A DNA stretch of 64,000 nt, taken from NCBI GenBank assembly GCA_045606105.1, contig JAZURI010000003.1, positions 1 to 64,000 on the forward strand, written 5' to 3'. Source of the stretch: Spirochaetia bacterium (GTDB lineage Bacteria > Spirochaetota > Spirochaetia > CADAEX01). The position numbers and the translations under genes were made by a program. This document shows positions 57,676 to 64,000 of this stretch, one piece after another. How positions within the stretch are numbered: position 1 is the stretch's first letter; the number at the start of each line of letters is the position of its first letter. The notes beneath the pieces were generated by a model. The model was not told where the DNA came from. It searched no databases and saw only the letters and a list, made by a program, of their open reading frames with translations.

Positions 57676-58647
57676 ATGCAGGATGGGGCATGGGATTACA
57701 GTTCTTATAAATCTCTGTTGACAGCTTTTTCGGAAGCTTTTGCTCTCCTTGCATCCGTAAAAAACGGTATTTCCATTGAATTTTCAGAACTGAAGCAGAC
57801 AGTTTACAGCCGATATGTAAGGTCTCAGCCAAGCTATACCGCATCACTTCTTCTTGACTGGAACGGAATCGGGATTACGGCAGATGCAGATCCCGGTCTT
57901 TCATTTTACGTGCTGGAGAGACTTCTCGGAGGAAACGGCAGTCCGGGTATAGTGAACAGGCCTCTTTCGGTAATAGAGCAGGCTGTGGTTTCAGATTTTT
58001 TTTCAAGGCTTGCGGAGGGGCTGGGTACTGTTGCCGGCTGGTGCGGTTCAGAAGCTCCGGAATGGAAAAAGCTTTATCCTTCGGTATCGGAGACAGGGCT
58101 TACAGAGGAGGAATCCCCGGTTGTCATCCTGTCTTTCAATGCAGACGGAAAAAAGGATAACCTTAGAATTGTTTTCCCTGCAGCTGCAGGCAGTGCATTA
58201 TGTGCCCTGTTGTCAGAGGCTTTTGCCGAAGATGGCAGTGTAAGGTTTTCTGCAGAGACGGAGGGAGTGGTTCTTTCTGAAACGGAAAGGGCAGATCTGG
58301 GAATCGGCGATGTTATTGCATTGGGTAAACCGGGAAACCTGCTGCAGTTCAGGATCGGAAAGAAGTTATGCTGCAGATGTGAAACCGGTCTGTCAGGGGA
58401 TAAACCTGCGGTACGGACCGTGGATGTCATGCCGGAGCCTGAAAGGGATGGGACTGTAACCGTTCTTTTCGGCCGGGGAAGGATCGGAGTGGCTCAGGCG
58501 GCGGCTCCGGAAAAGGGAATAACAGCCCTGGTGGACAGAAAAAAGGGAGAGCCGGCCGGGCTTCTTGTCTCAGGAAAGGCTGTTGCTCTGTGTGAATTTG
58601 TAATGCTTGAGGATAAGCTGGGAGTGCGTATCATAAAGTTGATTTGA
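57676..58647 (+). CDS. fliM: FliM-FliN fusion-like C-ring protein
   Basis: FliM middle-domain motifs ERLLGG.G and RPLS.IE; SpoA-like LGIGDVI.L...CETG....AVR; second FliN-like SpoA VTV.FGR...DRKKGEP..LLV.GK.VA.CE.V.LEDKLGVRII. Confidence 0.75.
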   Translation: MQDGAWDYSSYKSLLTAFSEAFALLASVKNGISIEFSELKQTVYSRYVRSQPSYTASLLLDWNGIGITADADPGLSFYVLERLLGGNGSPGIVNRPLSVIEQAVVSDFFSRLAEGLGTVAGWCGSEAPEWKKLYPSVSETGLTEEESPVVILSFNADGKKDNLRIVFPAAAGSALCALLSEAFAEDGSVRFSAETEGVVLSETERADLGIGDVIALGKPGNLLQFRIGKKLCCRCETGLSGDKPAVRTVDVMPEPERDGTVTVLFGRGRIGVAQAAAPEKGITALVDRKKGEPAGLLVSGKAVALCEFVMLEDKLGVRIIKLI

Positions 58648-58678
58648 ATATGATGTTTTAAAATCTCTGGGAGGGGAC

Positions 58679-59173
58679 GTGAAAAACATTCTTTTAACAA
58701 TAATTTTGTCTCTTAATATATTTTCTGCACAGCATGTGTTCTGTGATACATTTTCTGCTGCGGATGAAAGTTCATTATCCATAGGGGGCGGCAGCAGTGC
58801 CGGTGTCCGGGCTGCTTCTCCGGTATTTTCCTCAGGGGACCTTTTCAGGATGATACTGGTTCTGGTGCTGGTTACCGCACTGATCTATGCAGTTTTCCAT
58901 CTCCTCAGGAAATTCCGTTTTTCAGAGAACGGGGGAGACAAGGGGGATATCCGCATTCTTTCCAGCAAGGGACTGGGACCTGGAAAGGCACTCCATGTGG
59001 TTGAGATTGCCGGCCGGTATTTTGTTATCGGTGCTTCCGACAACTCTGTTTCATGTATTACCGAGCTTACGGAGGAAGAGGGAAGGAAAATCGGTACCGG
59101 ACAATCCGTATCAGGCTTCTCCCTTGCGGAAAATCTCCGTAAAATCAAGGCCTGCAGGGAGAGACTGAAATGA
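58679..59173 (+). CDS. fliO: Flagellar biosynthesis protein FliO/FliZ
   Basis: TM FRMILVLVLV.ALIY, then LGPGK.LHVVEI.GR.FVIG.SD.SV..I. Confidence 0.88.
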   Translation: MKNILLTIILSLNIFSAQHVFCDTFSAADESSLSIGGGSSAGVRAASPVFSSGDLFRMILVLVLVTALIYAVFHLLRKFRFSENGGDKGDIRILSSKGLGPGKALHVVEIAGRYFVIGASDNSVSCITELTEEEGRKIGTGQSVSGFSLAENLRKIKACRERLK

Positions 59174-59952
59174 AAAAAGTACTTCTTCTGGTTTTACTTA
59201 TGGGATTATTCCTTTCTGCAGAGCTCTTTGCTTCCGAAAGCAATGCTTCAGGCGGTTTTGCCCTCCCTTCCGTAGAAATAAACATGGGAGAAGGGGCTGT
59301 AAACACCGGTGACAATGAAAAGACTGCCTCCTCCATAAAGCTGCTGCTGCTCCTTTCAGTAATTGCCATAGCCCCTTCGGTGCTGCTTCTCTGCACCTCC
59401 TTCATAAGGATAGCCGTGGTTCTGGATTTCATAAAGCGTTCCCTGTCGCTGCAGCAGACTCCACCCAATCAGATAATCATGGGACTGGCCCTTTTCCTTA
59501 CGGTCTTCATCATGTGGCCTGTCTTTGACGATATTTATCAGAATTCCTTCAAGCCTTTTTCCCAGGGGGAGATAGAGGCTTCCGAAATGTATGGCAGGGC
59601 TGAAAAGCCTCTCAGGATATTCATGTACAACCAGCTCAGGGATAACCCGGAAAACATCAGGCTTTTCATGAATCTCAGCGGTCTTCCGAAGCCGGCAAAC
59701 CTTTCCGAGGTTCCGACCTATGTCCTGGTTCCTGCCTTTGCACTCAACGAACTTACGGTGGCGTTCAGGATCGGTGTCCTTATTTTCATACCGTTCCTGG
59801 TTATAGATATGATAGTGGCATCCATTCTCATGTCCATGGGGATGGTCATGGTACCACCTGTAATGGTGTCTCTTCCGTTCAAGCTGATGGTATTTGTCCT
59901 TGCTGACGGATGGAACCTTATAATTGGCCGGTTGCTCAGCAGCTTTGTCTAG
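59170..59952 (+). CDS. fliP: Export gate protein FliP
   Basis: TSFIRI.VVL, QQTPPNQ, PAF.L.EL..AF.IG, MSMGM.MVPP..VSLPFKL..F.L.DGW. Confidence 0.97.
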   Translation: MKKVLLLVLLMGLFLSAELFASESNASGGFALPSVEINMGEGAVNTGDNEKTASSIKLLLLLSVIAIAPSVLLLCTSFIRIAVVLDFIKRSLSLQQTPPNQIIMGLALFLTVFIMWPVFDDIYQNSFKPFSQGEIEASEMYGRAEKPLRIFMYNQLRDNPENIRLFMNLSGLPKPANLSEVPTYVLVPAFALNELTVAFRIGVLIFIPFLVIDMIVASILMSMGMVMVPPVMVSLPFKLMVFVLADGWNLIIGRLLSSFV

Positions 59953-59960
59953 GAGATAAA

Positions 59961-60230
59961 ATGGAACTCGGTGATGCTGTATACATTTTCAAGACATCCC
60001 TGATTCAGGTACTGCTTGTTGCCTCTCCGGTGCTTCTGGTCAGTCTTCTTGTGGGGCTGATAGTGTCGTTTTTCCAGTCGGCAACCTCAATCCACGAGCA
60101 GACTCTGGTATTTATTCCTAAAATTCTGGCAGTTCTCCTGGTCCTGATACTTCTGGGGGGCTGGATGATTTCTGCCATAGAGCAGTATACGCTGCATATA
60201 TTTGACATGATTCCGGGGATGACTGAATGA
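59961..60230 (+). CDS. fliQ: Export gate protein FliQ
   Basis: P.L...LVGLIVS.FQ.ATSI.EQTL.FIPKI; SD aggag. Confidence 0.96.
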   Translation: MELGDAVYIFKTSLIQVLLVASPVLLVSLLVGLIVSFFQSATSIHEQTLVFIPKILAVLLVLILLGGWMISAIEQYTLHIFDMIPGMTE

Positions 60231-60943
60231 ACTGGTGGCTTTTTTTCCTGGCCTTTGCCAGAATATTTGCCTTGATGCAGACTGCACCTCTTCTCTCATC
60301 AAGAAGCGTTCCGCTCCTGGTCCGCATCGCCATGTCCCTTTTTACAGCCTACGGAGTCACACCGGCCCTTACCGGAATTGTCATACCACAGGATCCGGTT
60401 TCATATTATCTCCTGCTGGCAGGAGAGGCCATGCTGGGAGCGGCAATGGGACTCTTCATGCAGATGGCTTATATGGTATTCCTTTCTGCCGGCCGGTTCA
60501 TGGGACTCTGTTTCGGAAATTTTTCGGGGGATGCCGATTCTCCGGTTGCCGGTCTCATGAATTATGCCGCAGTTTTCGTATTTCTGGCCGCATCGGGGCT
60601 CTACAGCCTTTTCTTTATAGGGGTTACCTCCTCCTTCAAGGCTCTTTCGGCCTACGACATTGCAGCCTGCAGGGAGGGAATGGCATTGCTCCTGACAAGG
60701 GGTTTTTCTGCAATGTTTGCCAAGGCACTACTGACAGCACTGCCCGTGATTGCCGTTCCTCTTCTTGTTACATTGATTACCGGGATTCTGAGACACATGG
60801 ATTTCGGCTGGAGTGCGGCCATGGTTACCGGAATCATAATGCTGGCCTTTGTCCTTCCGTTCCTTATGGATAGCTTCGGAAGCTTCATCGACAGCAGCTT
60901 TGACATAGTTTCGGGATGGATTTCATCGGGAGGAAGCCTATGA
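60227..60943 (+). CDS. fliR: Export gate protein FliR, divergent
   Basis: FFL.FARI.A....APLLSS..VP...R, GEA.LG, SF, ALP; position between fliQ and flhB. Confidence 0.85.
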   Translation: MNWWLFFLAFARIFALMQTAPLLSSRSVPLLVRIAMSLFTAYGVTPALTGIVIPQDPVSYYLLLAGEAMLGAAMGLFMQMAYMVFLSAGRFMGLCFGNFSGDADSPVAGLMNYAAVFVFLAASGLYSLFFIGVTSSFKALSAYDIAACREGMALLLTRGFSAMFAKALLTALPVIAVPLLVTLITGILRHMDFGWSAAMVTGIIMLAFVLPFLMDSFGSFIDSSFDIVSGWISSGGSL

Positions 60944-61632
60944 TTGATGAAATCCGTGAGGTAAAGGCCACTGCCCGAAGGGTGAAAAAGGCTTCTGAAA
61001 GGGGAGATTCACCGAGAAGCAGGGAATTTGCAATGGCTTTTTCACTTCTGGCCGTACTGCTTGTCACCTTGGTTTTCGGAAAATATTTTCTCGGATGCAT
61101 CAGGGAAACCGTTGCTTCCTTTATCGGTTATGCAGTGGAGGGTGAGCTTGACGGAAAGGCTGCAGCCATGGCCTTCGGATGCTTTGTCCGGGTATGTGTT
61201 CCCTATTTTGCGGTGCTGGCTGCCGTGACCTGGATGACAGAGGTCAGTCAGGTGGGCTTTGTATTCGTTACCGGGGAAAAAAGAAAAATGGGAAAAAAGA
61301 CCCCATCCTCCGGATGGATCGGTGGAATTCTTTCCCTGCTCAGGACTGCTGCGGTGACAGCGGTGGTTTTCCTGGCTGTAAAAAGCGATTTCAACCGGCT
61401 TGCCGGTATGACAGATATGATGTTTACCTTTGTATTTGTTTTCAGGGTTCTTCTTTATGTGGGAATCCTTCTGGTGATTTCTGCATCTGCAGATTACTTG
61501 ATTGCCAGGTTCCTTCACAGGGAATCTCTCCGTATGACCAGAAGGGAGCTTTCGGAAGAACAGAGGGATGAAATGGGAGATCCGGCTGTAAAGGCCAGAC
61601 TTGACGAGAGAATGAAACAGCTTCTGAGCTGA
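60940..61632 (+). CDS. flhB: FlhB transmembrane part only, lacking NPTH and the cytoplasmic domain (230 aa)
   Basis: AT.RR..KA.E.G..PRS.E, Q.GF.F, DY......SLRMT..E..EE.....GDP.VK.R; stop before NPTH. Confidence 0.88.
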   Translation: MIDEIREVKATARRVKKASERGDSPRSREFAMAFSLLAVLLVTLVFGKYFLGCIRETVASFIGYAVEGELDGKAAAMAFGCFVRVCVPYFAVLAAVTWMTEVSQVGFVFVTGEKRKMGKKTPSSGWIGGILSLLRTAAVTAVVFLAVKSDFNRLAGMTDMMFTFVFVFRVLLYVGILLVISASADYLIARFLHRESLRMTRRELSEEQRDEMGDPAVKARLDERMKQLLS

Positions 61633-61646
61633 AAGGGCTTTGATAT

Positions 61647-63668
61647 ATGATGAAAGAGAGAAAAAACAGCAATATTCTGGTGCCGCTGATAGTGCTTGTG
61701 GTGGTAGCGATGATAATAATACCAATGCCGGTACCGCTGCTTGATATCTTTATGGCAGCCAACCTGCTTTTCAGCCTTGCGGTACTGCTGATGGTCATCT
61801 ACACCGGAAAGCCTTCCGATTTTTCGGTTTTCCCGACCATGCTTCTTGTCTCCACCGTATTCGGACTGGGGCTGAATGTATCCTCCACCAGGCTTATCCT
61901 TTCCAAAGGGGCCGAATTTGACGGCAAGCTTATCAGGGCCTTCGGAAACTTTGTCGTAGGTTCATCGGGAAATGAGGGTCTTGTAATCGGTCTGATCATC
62001 TTTGTCATCTTTATCCTTGTCCAGCTGATCGTAATAACCAAGGGTGCCGGAAGAGCTGCCGAGGTTGCTGCCAGGTTCAATCTGGATGCCATGAACCAGC
62101 GGAATCTCTCCATCGATGCCGATGTGGCAGGGGGCCATATTACAGCAGCTGAAGGGGAAATACGGAAAAAGGAGTATCAGCAGGAAACTGATTTCTACAA
62201 GAGCATGGACGGTGCCTCCAAGTTTGTTTCCGGAAATGTAAAGGTGGGAATCGTCATCACATTGGTCAATATCATCGGCGGTATAATCATCGGAATGCTG
62301 CTCAGGAAGGAAAGCTTCGGTCTGGCTGTGGCAAACTATACAGCCCTTACCATCGGAGACGGTCTTGTAACCCAGTTCCCTTCCATTATGATTTCGGTAG
62401 CCACTGCCATCATAGTCACCAGCTCCACCGGTTCCGGCTCGCTGGCAGCCGACTTTGCCGGACAGTTTTCCAAAAGGCCGGAAATATACCGTATCCTTGC
62501 AGTTTTTTCAGTAATAATGGCCCTTCTTCCGGGCTTCAGAAGAGCATGGTACATTTTCATTCCTCTGGGAATCTTTCTTTTCTATCTGGGACACAAACTG
62601 GGACAGTCAGGTTCCGTTCCTGAAAAAGAGGAGAAACCCGAAACAAAGCCGGAAAGTGCCGCCCCTGCCGCAGACATAAGCATTTCCCCAGTGTCAGAGG
62701 TTCATCCTCTCTATCTGGGACTGGGATACGGTCTTTACAGATTTGCATCTGACAGCACCATGTTCGGAAACCGTATAACGGAACTCCGGAAAAAAATAGC
62801 ATCTGAACTGGGATTTGCCATTCCTCCGGTCAGGATAACAGATAACCTTAATCTTAAGCCGGCGGAATACAGTATCAGGATCAGGGATGTGGAGGCAGCC
62901 AGGGCTTCTGTCCGTGCAGACAAGCTTGTGGCCATAGCCGACGGTCCGGTATCGGACAAGGTGCTCCGAAATCTGGGTGAGGAATTCAATGAACCGGTCT
63001 ACGGAAAAAAAGCCTGCTGGATTTCGGCAGAAGAGAGGGAAAATGCCCGGGACAAAGGGTGTATAGTTACAGATATACCGTCTCTCATTATTGTCCATAT
63101 GGAGGAGATAATCAGGAGAAATGCCGCTGACCTCCTTGACCGTCAGACTGTGCAGTCCATGCTGGATGAGCTTTCAAAAAGACATCCTGCCGCAGTAAAG
63201 GAGACCATGAAGCTTCTTACTCTGATAGATATACACAAGGTGCTCAGGAATCTGCTCAAGGAACAGGTTTCCATCCGGGATCTGGGACTGATTCTTGAAA
63301 CTCTCGGCGACAGCGTTTCTGTCTCCGGGGATATCGGATATCTTACGGAAGAGACACGCCGGGGACTCAGACGGCAGATTTCACACAGCTATGCAGATGA
63401 AGGAATGCATCTCCATGTCATTACACTCAGCAGCGAAACAGAGAAAAAGCTTCTGGAAAATCCTTATGATATCAGATTCAACGAAAAGCTTGCAGGAAGG
63501 GTAATGGAGCTGGCAGAGGGAAGAAACGTGGTTCTTATGTGCAGAAAGGAGCTCAGGGCCGGTCTGGGAGCCCTTCTTGCCGGAAAAAAGAGCTTTGTTC
63601 CGGTATTATCGGCAGATGAGAAGGCAGATGACATAATTATTGAATTCCACGGAAAGGTTGATGTATGA
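61647..63668 (+). CDS. flhA: Export apparatus protein FlhA
   Basis: FS.FPT.LL..T.F.L.LNVSSTRLIL, ITKG..R.AEV.ARF.LD, MDGASKFVSG, TIGDGLV.Q.P, LL.EQVSIRDL..ILE. Confidence 0.97.
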   Translation: MMKERKNSNILVPLIVLVVVAMIIIPMPVPLLDIFMAANLLFSLAVLLMVIYTGKPSDFSVFPTMLLVSTVFGLGLNVSSTRLILSKGAEFDGKLIRAFGNFVVGSSGNEGLVIGLIIFVIFILVQLIVITKGAGRAAEVAARFNLDAMNQRNLSIDADVAGGHITAAEGEIRKKEYQQETDFYKSMDGASKFVSGNVKVGIVITLVNIIGGIIIGMLLRKESFGLAVANYTALTIGDGLVTQFPSIMISVATAIIVTSSTGSGSLAADFAGQFSKRPEIYRILAVFSVIMALLPGFRRAWYIFIPLGIFLFYLGHKLGQSGSVPEKEEKPETKPESAAPAADISISPVSEVHPLYLGLGYGLYRFASDSTMFGNRITELRKKIASELGFAIPPVRITDNLNLKPAEYSIRIRDVEAARASVRADKLVAIADGPVSDKVLRNLGEEFNEPVYGKKACWISAEERENARDKGCIVTDIPSLIIVHMEEIIRRNAADLLDRQTVQSMLDELSKRHPAAVKETMKLLTLIDIHKVLRNLLKEQVSIRDLGLILETLGDSVSVSGDIGYLTEETRRGLRRQISHSYADEGMHLHVITLSSETEKKLLENPYDIRFNEKLAGRVMELAEGRNVVLMCRKELRAGLGALLAGKKSFVPVLSADEKADDIIIEFHGKVDV

Positions 63669-64000
63669 TCGGTGATTATTCCTTAGTTGTCAGAGCCCTT
63701 GAAAGGATAGAAAAAAAACTGGATTCCGGTATCGGTACAACAGCTGTGCCCGATAATATTCTCTATACCGAGGAGCTTCTCCGTTCAAACGATTTTTCCC
63801 ATTCCTTTATCAGGAAAATATCGGAGACCCTGATGAGGGAGGTTTCCTACGAGAATCTTCTGAGCAGAGGCTATGTGCTGAAGAGAATCAGGGATCTTAT
63901 TCTTGATAATATAAATATTTATGATATTACAGAGCCTTATGTTCCGGAAATTACGGTGTTGCTGGGCCCAACCGGAGTCGGAAAGACCACCACGGTAGCC
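63665..64000 (+). CDS. flhF: FlhF SRP-family GTPase, 3'-truncated by window edge (not in the ORF track)
   Basis: ATGA overlap with flhA; translates MIGDYSLVVRALERIEKKL...EELLRSNDFS..FI...VLLGPTGVGKTTTVA. Confidence 0.88.
   Translation, partial: MIGDYSLVVRALERIEKKLDSGIGTTAVPDNILYTEELLRSNDFSHSFIRKISETLMREVSYENLLSRGYVLKRIRDLILDNINIYDITEPYVPEITVLLGPTGVGKTTTVA

Noticed and set aside
4579-64000. Apparent abundance of CCGG-containing hexamers
   Set aside because: Impression only; it may follow from codon usage (CCG, GGA, GCC) and needs a Markov-corrected k-mer count

Overview
Chromosomal window from a Spirochaetales bacterium, judged from gene order and protein motifs; the genus cannot be resolved. 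1-4530 is the low-GC end of a type I restriction-modification island: a HEPN/DUF4209-like gene followed by hsdR. It is followed by two tandem DAACS-family symporter paralogs with an unusual N-terminal domain, tRNA-Ala(GGC), and housekeeping genes (nadE, alaA, radA, pgm, pfk, hrpA, hisS, ilvBN, DEAD-box helicase, rseP-cdsA-uppS-frr-tsf-rpsB, maf). Next come a small XRE gene followed by four 23-bp repeats and a PTS-EIIA/CBS plus NhaD/ArsB operon. The spirochete dcw-xerD-dprA-topA-xerC-hslVU superoperon then leads into the flagellar cluster. The main observation is that this flagellar cluster is systematically stripped down but every reading frame is open. Rod, hook and stator genes (flgBC, fliE, fliJ, flgDE, motAB, fliL) are absent from their usual positions. 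FliF lacks its RBM3/beta-collar, FliG has lost the torque charges, FliI is reduced to an N-terminal domain without ATPase, FliM-FliN are fused without the CheY-binding peptide, FlhB stops before NPTH and FlhF lacks its B domain. The export gate FliOPQR-FlhA is retained behind its own sigma70-like promoter. This looks like a non-rotating, flagellum-derived membrane export platform resembling injectisome architecture (inference). All calls are from motif recognition by eye; no searches were run.
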